DNA of 64,000 nt from positions 8,308,001 to 8,372,000 of the forward strand of contig OZ024765.1 in assembly GCA_964016885.1 (NCBI GenBank), given 5' to 3'. Position 1 is the stretch's first letter. Each line of letters starts with the position of its first letter. This DNA is from Eledone cirrhosa (lineage: Eukaryota). A program made the position numbers and the translations under genes. A model generated the notes under the pieces. That model ran no database searches. It was not told the origin of the DNA and saw nothing but the letters and a program-made list of their open reading frames with translations. This document shows positions 1 to 13,931 of the stretch, one piece after another.

Positions 1-720
1 ATAATGTACATAGTGTACAGTATATATATTGTATATATAATGTATATAGTCTATATATATTGTATATAGTGTATATATAATGTACATAGTGTACAGTATA
101 TATATTGTATATAGTGTATATATATTGTATATAGTGTATATATATTGTATATAGTGTATATATATTGTATATAGTGTATATATAATGTATATAGTGTATA
201 TATATTGTATATAGTGTATATATAATGTATATAGTGTATATACATTGTATATAGTGTATATACATTGTATATAGTGTATATATAATGTATATACTGTTTA
301 TATATTGTATATAGTGTATATATATTGTATATAGTGTATATATAATGTATATAGTGTATATATAATGTATATAGTGTATATATATTGTATATAGTGTATA
401 TATATTGTATAGAGTGTATATATAATGTATATAGTGTATATATAATGTATATAGTGTATATATATTGTATATAATGTATATAGTGTATATATATTGTATA
501 TAATGTATATAGTGTATATATATTGTATATAATGTACATAGTATATATATAGTGTATATATAATGTATATATAATGTATATATGTATATACAGTATATTG
601 TACATAGTATATATATATAGTGTATATAGCATATATATAGTGTATATATTGTACATAGTGTATATAGCATATATATAGTGTATATAGTGTATATATAATG
701 TACATATAGTGTATATATAT
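1..720. repeat. AT-rich minisatellite, unit about 20 bp (atagtgtatatatattgtat)
   Basis: Direct periodicity. Confidence 0.9.
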
Positions 721-804
721 CATATATAATTCTCTTGGAAAACTATATATATATATATATATAATCATCATCATCATCATCATTTAATGTCCATCTTCTA
801 TGCT

Positions 805-1910
805 TGTAAAGTGATCATGTAGGTGTCACAACAAAAAACTCCCAGTCCACACTCTAAAGTGGTCATGTAGGTGTCGCAACAAAAAGTACCCAGTCCACAC
901 TGTAAAGTGGTCACGTAGGTGTCACAACAAAAAACTCCCAGTCCACTCTGTAAAGTGGTCATGTAGGTGTCACAACAAAAAACTCCCAGTCCACTCTGTA
1001 AAGTGGTCATGTAGGTGTCACAACAAAAAACTCCCAGTCCACTCTGTAAAGTGGTCATGTAGGTGTCACAACAAAAAACTCCCAGTCCACTCTGTAAAGT
1101 GGTCACGTAGGTGTCACAACAAAAAACTCCCAGTCCACTCTGTAAAGTGGTCATGTAGGTGTCACAACAAAAAACTCCCAGTCCACTCTGTAAAGTGGTC
1201 ATGTAGGTGTCACAACAAAAAACACCCAGTCCACTCTGTAAAGTGGTTGTGTAGGTGTCATGACAAAAAGCACCCAGTCCACTCTGTAAAGTGGTCATGT
1301 AGGTGTCACAACAAAAAACACCCAGTCCACACTGTAAAGTGGTCATGTAGGTGTCACAACAAAAAACTCCCAGTCCACTCTGTAAAGTGGTCATGTAGGT
1401 GTCACAACAAAAAACTCCCAGTCCACTCTGTAAAGTGGTCATGTAGGTGACGCAACAAAAAGCACCCAGTCCTCACTGTAAAGTGGTCATGTAGGTGTCA
1501 CAACAAAAAACACCTAGTCCATTCTGTAAAGTAGTCGTGTAGGTGTCACAATAAAACACAGCCAGTCCACTCTGTAAAGTGGTCATGTAGGTGTCACAAC
1601 AAAAAACACCCAGTCCACTCTGTAAAGTGGTTGTGTAGGTGTCATGACAAAAAGCACCCAGTCCACTCTGTAAAGTGGTCATGTAGGTGTCACAACAAAA
1701 AACACCCAGTCCACACTGTAAAGTGGTCATGTAGGTGTCACAACAAAAAACACCCAGTCCACACTAATGTGGTCATGTAGGTGTCACAACAAAAAACACC
1801 CAGTCCACACTGTAAAGTGGTCATGTAGGTGTCACAACAAAAAACACCCAGTCCACACTGTAAAGTGGTCATGTAGGTGTCACAACAAAAAACACCCAGT
1901 CCACACTGTA
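805..1910. repeat. 48-bp minisatellite (about 23 units)
   Basis: Unit tgtaaagtggtcatgtaggtgtcacaacaaaaaactcccagtccactc; reverse-complement relative of the 6005-7561 unit. Confidence 0.92.
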
Positions 1911-2636
1911 AATGTGTTCGGAAGGGCATCCAGCCATAGAAACCAAGCCAGCATCAGTTCTGTATGAGCAAGATATGGTCATCTAATCTAACCTATCTCA
2001 CATTGTCAGGACAATGTCTAACTGATGCTAGCGTGGCACCCTTACAAATCTATCGGGAGTTACAGTACCACAAACAGTCCGTGAAATATTAACTATACAA
2101 GGGCGCACTCTCTCTCTGTGCTCCTGAGAAGGGTTGCACACTTTTTTTTTTGGGGGGGGGGGCGACTCCCCAAAACGCCTCCTCCCTATTGAGGACTTTA
2201 TTGTTAATTTTATATTTATTTGGTTTTTTTTTACTCGTTCTTTTGTGTAAACTCCCTCACCCCCTTTGTATTTGTCCCCTTCTTTTGCGCCCTCGTGGCA
2301 ATAAATAGAAACATTGGCAGTATCGGTAGAGGGTCGGACGCCATGCTTTGACGCATAGTTACGGCCCTTGCCATTCTGAGTTCAAATCCCGCCGAGGTTA
2401 ACTTTGCCTTTCATCCTTACGGGGTCAATAAAATAAAGTACCAGTAATACACTGGGTAATTGCTGGCCTTGTGTAGAAACAATTATTAAATGTCTAATCA
2501 GTTTGTTTACAAGTCCAAGTTAGCATAAATTAAAATAACAATGGTGAAGATATAAATATTCATGTCAGAGAATTAGGAAATTTTAGACGAGGAACATCTG
2601 TGGTACTCATGATAAAAGAGTTGAGAACTAGCTGAG

Positions 2637-2675
<39 letters not shown>

Positions 2676-2893
2676 TGTGTGTGTGTGTATATGTATGTGT
2701 GTCTGAGTGTGTCCTATATACATTTTATAGTTGTTTGTAAAGTATTCACAAAACAGTCAAATCTGTCTAAATATGTATAAAATGTAGTTTATTTATTTAT
2801 TTGGTTTTCTTCTTCAATGAAACACGTCAAATGAGGTTGATTTGTGGCCTTATTTTCTTTGTGGGTTTTATTTTACATCAATTCCTTCCTACT

Positions 2894-4325
2894 GACAGGA
2901 GTTGTGACTGAAGGACTGACAGATAGCATTAGTAATGGAAAGACCAATGAAGACATTGTTTCCTTGGTCTGATCTGATGACCAGCTCCTTTCTTCTACCA
3001 GGAGTTGTGACTGACAGATAGTATCAGTAATGGAAAGACCAATGGAAACATTGTTTCCTTGGTCTGATCTGATGACCAGTTCCTTTCTTCTTCCAGGAGT
3101 TGTGACTAACAGATAGTATCAGTAATGGAAAGACCAATGGAAACATTGTTTCCTTGGTCTGATCTGATGACCAGCTCCTTTCTTTTGTCAGGAGTTGTGA
3201 CAGACAGATAGTATCAGGAATGGAAAGACCAATGGAAACATTGTTTCCTTGGTCTGATCTGATGACCAGCTCCTTTCTTTTGTCAGGAGTTGTGACAGAC
3301 AGATAGTATCAGTAATGGAAAGACCAATGGAAACATTGTTTCCTTGGTCTGATTTGATGACCAGTTCCTTTCTTCTTCCAGGAGTTGTGACTGACAGATA
3401 GTATCAGTAATGGAAAGACCAATGGACACATTGTTTCCTTGGTCTGATCTGATGACCAGCTCCTTTCTTCCAGGAGTTGTGACTGACAGATAGTATCAGT
3501 AATGGAAAGACCAATGGACACATCGTTTCCTTGGTCTGATCTGATGACCAGTTCCTTTCTTCTTCCAGGAGTTGTGACTGACAGATAGTATCAGTAATGG
3601 AAAGACCAATGGACACATCGTTTCCTTGGTCTGATCTGATGACCAGTTCCTTTCTTCTTCCAGGAGTTGTGACTGACAGATAGTATAAGTAATGGAAAGA
3701 TCAATGGAAACATTGTTTCCTTGGTCTGATCTGATGACCAGTTCCTTTCTTCTTCCAGGAGTTGTGACTGACAGATAGTATCAGTAATGGAAAGACCAAT
3801 GGACACATTGTTTCCTTGGTCTGATCTGATGACCAGTTCCTTTCTTCTACCAGGAGTTGTGACTGACAGATAGTATCAGTAATGGAAAGACCAATGGACA
3901 CATCGTTTCCTTGGTCTGATCTGATGACCAGTTCCTTTCTTCTTCCAGGAGTTGTGACTGACAGATAGTATCAGTAATGGAAAGATCAATGGAAACATTG
4001 TTTCCTTGGTCTGATCTGATGACCAGTTCCTTTCTTCTTCCAGGAGTTGTGACTGACAGATAGTATCAGTAATGGAAAGACCAATGGACACATTGTTTCC
4101 TTGGTCTGATCTGATGACCAGTTCCTTTCTTCTACCAGGAGTTGTGACTGACAGATAGTATCAGTAATGGAAAGACCAATGGAAACATTGTTTTTTTGGT
4201 CTGATCTGATGACCAGCTCCTTTCTTCTGCCAGGAGTTGTGACTGACAGATAGTATCAGTAATGGAAAGACCAATGGAGACATTATTTCCTTGGTCTGAT
4301 CTGCCTGGAGTTGTGACTGACAGAT
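2894..4325. repeat. 95-bp tandem repeat (about 15 units)
   Basis: Unit caggagttgtgactgacagatagtatcagtaatggaaagaccaatgg...gatctgatgaccagttcctttcttcttc. Confidence 0.92.
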
Positions 4326-4898
4326 ATTATTTGATGTATCATATCTACATGTATATATACCTGCGTATAATATCAATATACACACTGTACAGGCTAGCAG
4401 AAAACCGCCCTAAGGGTGGTTTTCTGCTTGTAATAATGTGGAAGGAAGTAGAGAAAGGGGGAAAGACCAAGAAAGCCAAGGGCCTGGCAGATGTTTGAAG
4501 CTTATCATAGCGTCTTACATATCTAATCCCTTCTTGTAGCAGGTAAAAATGACCTCAAAACACTATTATTCTGAAAAAAATTGATAATATAACAACAACA
4601 AATGGCTCTTTTAAAATATAATTTATATTTCATTGCCAGAAGATTTACTCTTCTGCATTGTAGAGAATTCCAAACTGACTATTTTTTATATTCCACAATG
4701 CTTCAAACAAATCTGAACACTCCTACATTTTAAAGTTTACATTGTTTTATTAAAACCTATTTTGTTTTAACAATTTGAGTTATTTTGTGTTGTCATCAGT
4801 TGGAATCTAACTGGACTCTTTATGAAATTCTTTCACACATGTATATATATATCATCAACATGTTTAATGTCCATTTTCCATACTAGCATGGGTTGGAT

Positions 4899-5892
4899 CA
4901 GAGGTCCCAACACCCGGGCTGCAGACCAGTACTGGTCCGTGGATTATTTGCTACCAGACCACAAAGAGATAATTAACTTGTTTAACCCTTTAACATTTAC
5001 GTTACTCTATATATACTATTGTATTTTCACAGTAAAGGCTTTACCTCACATAATATCTCACATAACATTTACATTACTCTATATATACTATTGTATTTTC
5101 ACAGTTAAGGCTTTACCTCACATAACATTTACATTACTCTATATATACTATTGTATTTTCACAGTTAAGGCTTTACCTCACATAACATTTACATTACTCT
5201 ATATATACTATTGTATTTTCGCAGTAAAGTCTTCACCTCACATAATATCTCACATAACATTTACATTACTCTATATATACTATTGTATTTTCACAGTAAA
5301 GGCTTTACCTCACATAATATCTCACATAACATTTACATTACTCTATATATACTATTGTATTTTCACAGTAAAGGCTTTACCTCACATAATATCTCACATA
5401 ACATTTACATTACTCTATATATACTATTGTATTTTCACAGTAAAGGCTTTACTTCACATAATATCTCGCATAACATTTACATTACTCTATATATACTATT
5501 GTATTGTCACAGTAAAGGTTTTACCTCACATAATATCTCACATAACATTTACATTACTCTATATATACTATTGTATTGTCACAGTAAAGGTTTTACCTCA
5601 CATAATATCTCACATAATATCCAATCTGCAAGATCTTGATATTATTTATTTTGAAAACATAGCTTAACATAAGTATGAGCAGCCAGTTACAGCTGGCTTG
5701 AACAGAAAAGGGTGAGAGAATTCTGGCCAGATATGGCTGTTTTAAATGCTAAAGGGTAAATAAATTGCTGTTTTTATTATATCTCTCTTTATCAAAATGC
5801 ACTTAAACAACACATATGTGCAACTACCGGTCTGCGGAATGATTGTCCGACATGAAGCCAGTCTATGGTGTATAAAAGGTTGGAGACCACAG
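4899..5892. mobile_element. hAT-type MITE with 8-bp TSD
   Basis: Ends cagaggtcccaacacc...ggttggagaccacag; flanks ggttggat (4891-4898) and ggttagat (5893-5900). Confidence 0.65.
4986..5756. mobile_element. piggyBac-type MITE containing a 72-bp minisatellite
   Basis: TTAA-ccctttaacattt...aaatgctaaaggg-TAAA, with tandem units inside. Confidence 0.7.
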
Positions 5893-6004
5893 GGTTAGAT
5901 GGGCTGTCCTATTTAAGGCAAGTCGAGGTCAGGTGACCATGTCTTGCTCATACAGAACCAATTATGGCCTGGTTTCTACAACTGGATTCCCTTCCTAACG
6001 CAAA

Positions 6005-7561
6005 CCACTTTACAGTGAGTGCTGGGTGCTTTTTGTCATGACACCTACATGACCACTTTACAGTGTGGACTGGGTGCTTTTTGTCATGACACCTACATGA
6101 CCACTTTACAGTGTGGACTGGAGGCTTTTTGTCATGACAGCAACATGACCACTTTACAGTGTGGACTGGGTGCTTTTTGTCATGACACCTACATGACCAC
6201 TTTACAGTGTGGACTGGAGGCTTTTTGTCATGACACCTACATGACCACTTTACAGTGTGGACTGGGTGCTTTTTGTCATGACACCTACATGACCACTTTA
6301 CAGTGTGGACTGGAGGCTTTTTGTCATGACAGCAACATGACCACTTTACAGTGTGGACTGGGTGCTTTTTGTCATGACACCTACATGACCACTTTACAGT
6401 GTGGACTGGAGGCTTTTTGTCATGACACCTACATGACCACTTTACAGTGTGGACTGGGTGCTTTTTGTCATGACACCTACATGACCACTTTACAGTGTGG
6501 ACTGGAGGCTTTTTGTCATGACAGCAACATGACCACTTTACAGTGTGGACTGGGTGCTTTTTGTCATGACACCTACATGACCACTTTACAGTGTGGACTG
6601 GAGGCTTTTTGTCATGACACCTACATGACCACTTTACAGTGTGGACTGGGTGCTTTTTGTCATGACACCTACATGACCACTTTACAGTGTGGACTGGAGG
6701 CTTTTTGTCATGACACCTACATGACCACTTTACAGTGTGGACTGGGTGCTTTTTGTCATGACACCTACATGACCACTTTACAGTGTGGACTGGAGGCTTT
6801 TTGTCATGACAGCAACATGACCACTTTACAGTGTGGACTGGGTGCTTTTTGTCATGACACCTACATGACCACTTTACAGTGTGGACTGGGTGCTTTTTGT
6901 TGTGACACCTACATGACCACTTTACAGTGTGGACTGGAGGCTTTTTGTCATGACACCTACATGACCACTTTACAGTGTGGACTGGGTGCTTTTTGTCATG
7001 ACACCTACATGACCACTTTACAGTGTGGACTGGAGGCTTTTTGTCATGACAGCAACATGACCACTTTACAGTGTGGACTGGAGGCTTTTTGTCATGACAG
7101 CAACATGACCACTTTACAGTGTGGACTGGGTGCTTTTTGTCATGACACCTACATGACCACTTTACAGTGTGGACTGGGTGCTTTTTGTTGTGACACCTAC
7201 ATGACCACTTTACAGTGTGGACTGGAGGCTTTTTGTCATGACAGCAACATGACCACTTTACAGTGTGGACTGGGTGCTTTTTGTCATGACAGCAACATGA
7301 CCACTTTACAGTGTGGACTGGGTGCTTTTTGTTGTGACACCTACATGACCACTTTACAGTGTGGACTGGAGGCTTTTTGTTGTGACACCTACATGACCAC
7401 TTTACAGTGTGGACTGGAGGCTTTTTGTTGTGACACCTACATGACCACTTTACAGTGTGGACTGGAGGCTTTTTGTTGTGACACCTACATGACCACTTTA
7501 CAGTGTGGACTGGAGGCTTTTTGTTGTGACACCTACATGACCACTTTACAGTGTGGACTGG
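6005..7561. repeat. 48-bp minisatellite (about 32 units)
   Basis: Unit accactttacagtgtggactgggtgctttttgtcatgacacctacatg. Confidence 0.92.
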
Positions 7562-8170
7562 GGTTTGGGATTGAGAAGTGCATGAGGATTGGAGAGTTAG
7601 ATTTAGGGTGAGGGTGTTTGGACATGGGATGTGTATGGAAGGGGGAGAGATGAGGGAAGGTGTTAAAATCCTCCCAAACTGTTGTGGCCATGCTGGGGCA
7701 CTCGCATTATCATTCTAATACACTGGGATAATTGGTGGCCTTGTGCCAAATGTAGAAACAATTATCATTCTTTGCTTTTTTTGTTTAAATAATACTCCAC
7801 ACTCTCCTTCTCTCTCTCCTTCTCTCTTCTCTCTCTTCTCCCTCTCCTTCTCTCTTCTCTCTCTCCTTCTCTCCTCACTCTCCTTCTCTCTTCTCTCTCT
7901 CCTTCTCTCTCTCTTCTCTCTCCTCTCTCTCCTTCTCTCTTCTCTCTCTCCTTCTCTCTTCTCTCTCTCCTCCTCTCTCTCCTCTCTTCTCTCTCTCCTT
8001 CTCTCTTCACTCTCCTCTCTTCTCTCTCTCCTTCTCTCTTCTCTCTCTCCTTCTCTCCGTCTTTCTCTCTCCCTCTCCCTCTCTCTATTCTTTCTATTTC
8101 TTCTCTCTCTCTCTCTCTGCCTCTCTTTTCCTTCTCTCTCTCTCTCTCACCTGTCTGTTGTTACCTGCAG

Positions 8171-8313
8171 GGGATTACCAGTTCGTCTGCAACCTTGAGG
8201 GCTGTGGCAAGACATTCCTCACCTCGTACAGCCTCAAGACACATGTCAGGGTCCACACGAAGGAGAAACCATATGAATGTGATATGAAGGGCTGTGAGAA
8301 AGCTTTCAACACT

Positions 8314-8321
<8 letters not shown>
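8171..8321 (+). CDS. MTF1: MTF-1 exon encoding C2H2 zinc finger 2 and most of finger 3
   Basis: cag| acceptor after a CT tract; |gtgag donor. Translates (G)[49 protein letters not shown](R), closely matching the recalled MTF-1 ZF2/ZF3. The ZF1 exon was not seen in the window. Confidence 0.95.
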
Positions 8322-8892
<571 letters not shown>

Positions 8893-9029
8893 TAAGTATT
8901 GGTGGTGGTTGTGGTACTGTGGTTGTTGTGTTGGTGTGGTACTGTGGTGGTGGTGTTGTAGTGGTGGTGTAGTACTGTTGTTGGTGGTGTGGTTGTTGTA
9001 TTGGTGGTGGTTGTGGTACTGTGGTGGTG

Positions 9030-9500
9030 GTGTTAGAGCACATACTGGGGAACGGCCTTACAAGTAAGTATTGGTGGTGGTTGTGGTACTGTGGTGGTGG
9101 TGTTAGAACACATACTGGGGAACGGCCTTACAAGTAAGTATTGGTGGTGGTTGTGGTACTGTGGTGGTGGTGTTAGAACACAAACTGGGGAACGGCCTTA
9201 CAAGTAAGTATTGGTGGTGGTTGTGGTACTGTGGTGGTGGTGTTAGAACACATACTGGGGAACGGCCTTACAAGTAAGTATTGGTGGTGGTTGTGGTACT
9301 GTGGTGGTGGTGTTAGAACACAAACTGGGGAACGGCCTTACAAGTAAGTATTGGTGGTGGTTGTGGTACTGTGGTGGTGGTGTTAGAACACATACTGGGG
9401 AACGGCCTTACAAGTAAGTATTGGTGGTGGTTGTGGTACTGTGGTGGTGGTGTTAGAACACAAACTGGGGAACGGCCTTACAAGTAAGTATTGGTGGTGG
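9030..9500 (+). repeat. 70-bp tandem repeat (7 units) containing the exon 3' end and donor
   Basis: ttagaacacatactggggaacggccttacaa|gtaagtattggtggtggttgtggtactgtggtggtggtg. Confidence 0.92.
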
Positions 9501-10013
9501 TGTTGGTGTGGTACTGTGGTGGTGGTGGTGTTTAGTACTGTGGTGTTGTAGTGGTGGTGTAGTACTGTTGTTGGTGTTGTGGTTGTTGTAGAGGTGGTGG
9601 TGATATGCTGAACGGCCTCACAAGTGAGTACTGTTGGTGTTGGTGTTGTAGTGGTGCTGTTGTGGTGGTGGTGTTGTAGTGGTGCTGTTGTGGTGGTGGT
9701 GTTGTAGTACTGTCGTTGGTGTGGCGGTGGTGTTGTAGTGGTGGTGGTGGAGGTGGTGTTGTAGTGGTTGTGGAGGTGGTGGTGTGGTAAACAATCACAC
9801 AAGTGAATACTGTTGTTGATGTGGTGGTGGTGTTGTAGTGAATGGCTTTTCAAGTGAGTAGTAGTTGTAATAGTGGTTGTGGTTATGATGTAGGGAGTGT
9901 TGTTGTTGGTAAAATTCACTAACTCTGGGTAAATACTTATTACTAGCCAAGATAAATCATCATCACCATTTTACGTCCATTTTCCATGCTAGCATGGGTT
10001 AGACAGGTTTAAT

Positions 10014-10676
10014 TCCATGTGTCTAACACCTGTGGACATGCCTACAAAGTCAGAAAACAGCACAGTTCCCATGACTTTCGGAAATATTTTTTCACGTTCA
10101 GAGTTGCTGAAGCATGGAACAAACTACCTGCATCAGTTGTTAGCTGTCGAGACACTGCATCCTTTAAAGCCACCATAGAACAAACTCCCTGCATCAGTTG
10201 TTAGCTGTCGAGACACTGCATCCTTTAAAACCTCCATGGAACAAACTACCTGCATCAGTTGTTAGCTGTCGAGACACTGCATCCTTTAAAGCCACCATAG
10301 AACAAACTACCTGCATCAGTTGTTAGCTGTCGAGACACTGCATCCTTTAAAACCTCCATGGAACAAACTACCTGCATCAGTTGTTAGCTGTCGAGACACT
10401 GCATCCTTTAAAACCTCCATGAAACAAACTCCCTGCATCAGTTGTTAGCTGTCGAGACACTGCATCCTTTAAAACCTCCATGCTTCCTGAGATTCACCAA
10501 CACTACACCAGATATTGCTCCTGCATACACACACACACGTGTCTGTGCGTATATCATGACTCATACACGCTCAGTTTCCTGACATTTCAGTACAGTATTC
10601 TATGTACTATACATGCACCTTTGATGAGTTGTAGTGCACCTAAGCACTGTACACAATAATTTCATTATTATTATTA
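10014..10676 (+). mobile_element. CR1/L2-group LINE 3' end with an internal 60-bp tandem expansion (about 10116-10480)
   Basis: GHAYKV...RKYFFTFRVAEAWNKLPASVV...SFK motif and (ATT)n tail; the tail recurs at about 15795-15970. Confidence 0.75.
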
Positions 10677-10812
10677 TAAAACCTAAATTTTGAAAGACAA
10701 AACACTGTGTTGTTTCATAAATTTCAAAACATTCCTATAATCGAGAACATATCAAGCAGAAATCAAGTATTATAGTAAAAATGTGGTGTATATCTTTCTT
10801 TTCTATCTACAG

Positions 10813-10886
10813 ATGCAGTGAAAATGGATGTGGTAAAGCTTTTGCTGCCAGCCACCACTTGAAGACGCATACACGCACACACACTG
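10813..10886 (+). CDS. MTF1: MTF-1 exon (ZF5)
   Basis: cag|...|gtaagt, phase consistent. [24 protein letters not shown]. Confidence 0.96.
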
Positions 10887-10889
10887 GTA

Positions 10890-11483
10890 AGTCTCGTAGT
10901 TTAGGACTTTCAGACCTTTGTTGTAGGGCAATAGCCTCAGACAACATAGTCTCGTAGTTTAGGACTTTGAGACCTTTGTTGTAGGGCAATGGGTTGGCAG
11001 AATCAGTAGAGCGTCGGACAACATAGTCTCGTAGTTTAGGACTTTGAGACCTTTGTTGTAGGGCAATGGGTTGGCAGAATCAGTAGAGCGTCAGACAACA
11101 TAGTCTCGTAGTTTAGGACTTTGAGACCTTTGTTGTAGGGCAATGGGTTGGCAGAATCAGTAGAGCGTCAGACAACATAGTCTCGTAGTTTAGGACTTTG
11201 AGACCCTCGTTGTAGGGCAATGGGTTGGCAGAATCAGTAGAGCGTCAGACAACATAGTCTCGTAGTTTAGGACTTTGAGACCTTTGTTGTAGGGCAATGG
11301 GTTGGCAGAATCAGTAGAGCGTCAGACAACATAGTCTCGTAGTTTAGGACTTTGAGACCTTTGTTGTAGGGCAATGGGTTGGCAGAATCAGTAGAGCGTC
11401 AGACAACATAGTCTCGTAGTTTAGGACTTTGAGACCTTTGTTGTAGGGCAATGGGTTGGCAGAATCAGTAGAGCGTCAGACAA
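10890..11483 (+). repeat. 77-bp tandem repeat combining the intron start with a SINE head
   Basis: agtctcgtagtttaggactttgagacctttgttgtagggcaatgggttggcagaatcagtagagcgtcagacaacat, about 7 units. Confidence 0.9.
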
Positions 11484-12407
11484 CCTGCTTAGCGGCACAG
11501 TGTTACAACCCTTTATGTTCTGAGTTCAAATGCTGTTGGGGTTAGCACTTTGCCTTTCTTCCTAACTGGTTTCATAAAGTACCAGTAATACACTGGGGTT
11601 GATTTAATCAACTCTCCCCTCTCCCTCTTATTGCTGGCCTTGTGCCTAAAGTAGTATATATATATATATGTGAGTGTGTATGTATATATATATATATGTA
11701 TGTATGTATATGCCAGGTCACCAGTTGGTGCTACTGGTAACATGTATCCCAGTACAACCTGTCTCATGGTCGGGTCGTTGGCGACTAAACTGGCAACCCC
11801 ACCAAGGTTTCTTGGTGAGGAGGGTGACTTTGGGCATCCTGCAGGACTAAACACAAAACCTGTCAAAGGGCAAAGGAGCTCTTAAAAGTCAATGGCCATC
11901 CAAAATCACCAGGAGAGATGACCCCTTAGCCTTTGTCAAGGCAGAATTCTAGAAGGAAAACTCTGATATAACACCTGCAACCCTGATGGTATCCAATGAT
12001 GTTGACTTGTTCTTCTTTTTGGTAAATATCATCTTGGTTAAGAGAGTGGGACTGGCTTTGTGCAGTGCCTTTGCTCACTATAAAAGCTTCACGGCACAGG
12101 CATTGCTTTATATCTGGAGATCTCTCTGCACTTGTCGTCACATGGTACCATGGGCCAAGCAGTGTGTGTCAGTAATTGTCACAAGTGTAGTGTTTGTACC
12201 AGAGTTTTCAAGTCGCTGGCTGGACTAAAAAGTCTCACTCGTTCAGCGCATCGGTAGGGGTTCTCCTACATGGATATAAAGTAGTGGCCGTACTCGAAAA
12301 TGAGTTGGCAGCCACCATGTATGTATGTATATATATATATGTATGTATGTATGTGTGTATAAATATGTCTCTATGTATATAATTTCTATTTTCCTTTCTG
12401 TATGAAG

Positions 12408-12532
12408 GTGAGAAACCATTTACATGTGGGCAAGACGGATGCCACAGGTCTTTTACAACACCGTACAGCTTAAAATCTCACAAAATCCGTCATGACAGAT
12501 TGTCAAATCCTCGGGACAGTCCAGAGAAATCG
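12408..12532 (+). CDS. MTF1: MTF-1 exon (ZF6)
   Basis: aag|...|gtgagt, phase consistent. GEKPFTCGQDGCHRSFTTPYSLKSHKIRHDRLSNPRDSPEKS. Confidence 0.93.
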
Positions 12533-12560
12533 GTGAGTCTTTGTTTCAGTTTTATTTTGT

Positions 12561-13035
12561 ACTAGCCAAATTACCCGCACCTTGCTGCGTTTCACACATT
12601 TTTTTTTTTGTAAGAAAATGATGATTGATTTTAAATCAGTTATATAATTTATGGAGAAAAACTCTGCATTTCAATATTACTCAATGTAAAATGTAATGCA
12701 GGAAAAATTGGAAAACATTATTTGTAATATATCAAATCAAAATTACATTATTAAATCTTATTCTTATTTTGTTTCTTGTAAATAATTTTTTTCAAAATCA
12801 AAACTTTTGTGAATAGGCATCATATCTTGTCATTTACCTATGGTTTAAATTTCATATAAATCGAAGGGAAAAGACTGTCAGATGGGTTTTGTCCCTACGG
12901 GGAACCCTTTGATTAAAATGAAATATACTTATCCAAGTACCCTGGGCAATGTAGTTTCAGAATATGGTCTATCTCCAAAACCATAAGAGGAGTTTGTGAA
13001 CAAACAAACAGGAATACAACTTTATTATATAAGAT
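12561..13035 (-). mobile_element. Non-autonomous Helitron-like element
   Basis: Minus strand begins TC(ttatataataaa) and ends CTAG-T after a GC-rich subterminal segment. Confidence 0.45.
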
Positions 13036-13311
13036 ACATACACACAGATACAGACAGACATGTGTCCTTGAGCAAGACACTTTATTTCACATTGTTCCAG
13101 TTCACTCAGCTGACAAAGATGGACTGTACCTGTTGAAGCAAATCACTTTGTGTATACTCTGGGAATGTATCTTACATTGCCCATTGAGTGCACTGAGATA
13201 CAACCGGTACTGGCATTGATAAATATGCTGGGTCCGTCAACTCCTTATTATTATATATATATATGTGTGTGTGTCTGTATATATATGTGTGTTTGTCTGT
13301 CTGTATGTATG

Positions 13312-13344
<33 letters not shown>

Positions 13345-13408
13345 ATGTATATATGTGTGTGTGTATGTATATATATGTGCGTGTGTGTCTGTATGTATGT
13401 ATGTATGC

Positions 13409-13440
<32 letters not shown>

Positions 13441-13586
13441 CTGTATATATGTGTGTGTGTGTCTATATATGTGTGTGTGTGTGTCTGTATGTATATATAT
13501 ATATGTGTGTCTGTCTCTATATATATATGTGTGTGTGTGTCTGTCTCTATATATATATGTGTGTGTGTGTCTGTCTATATATATAT

Positions 13587-13931
13587 ATCATCATCATCAT
13601 CATTTCATTTTACGTCCGCTTTTCCCTGCTTGCAAGGGTAGGACGGGAACTGATTCTGGCTTGATTTCTACAGCTGGATGCCCTTCCTAACACCAACCTC
13701 ATTTACAGTGAGTGCTGGGTGCTTTTTTTGCCGTGGCACCTCCACGACCACTTTGCAGTGGAATGATAGGGACCCCAGTCCCTATCATCTCATTTCTACA
13801 GCTGAGTAAACTGGAGCAATGTGAAATAAAGTGTCTTGCTCAAGGAAACAACACATCACCCAGTCTGAGAATTGAACTCACAACCTTTCGATTGCAAGCC
13901 CAATGCTCTAACCACTAAGCCATGTGCCTCC
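13587..13931 (-). mobile_element. tRNA-derived SINE family B with RTE-type tail (also 47733-47923, 50004-50340, 60007-60280)
   Basis: Minus strand: tggcttagtggttagagc (A box), gagttcaattctc (B box), tccttgagcaagacactt central domain, and a tail shared with the RTE 3' ends. Confidence 0.8.

Noticed and set aside
2894-4325. CTGATGA in most 95-bp units, as a possible tandem hammerhead array
   Set aside because: GAAA occurs downstream, but I could not find convincing stem I, II or III pairing around the cores. A covariance-model scan would settle it.
6019-7611. 530-aa Cys/His-rich repeat ORF, metallothionein-like at first sight, and the similar ORF at 798-1442
   Set aside because: It is a translation of a 48-bp (multiple of 3) TE-derived minisatellite inside an intron, and it opens on a GTG rather than an ATG.
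13860-13931. tRNA gene
   Set aside because: The A/B boxes belong to a SINE head that continues into a SINE body and LINE-type tail; there is no full cloverleaf.
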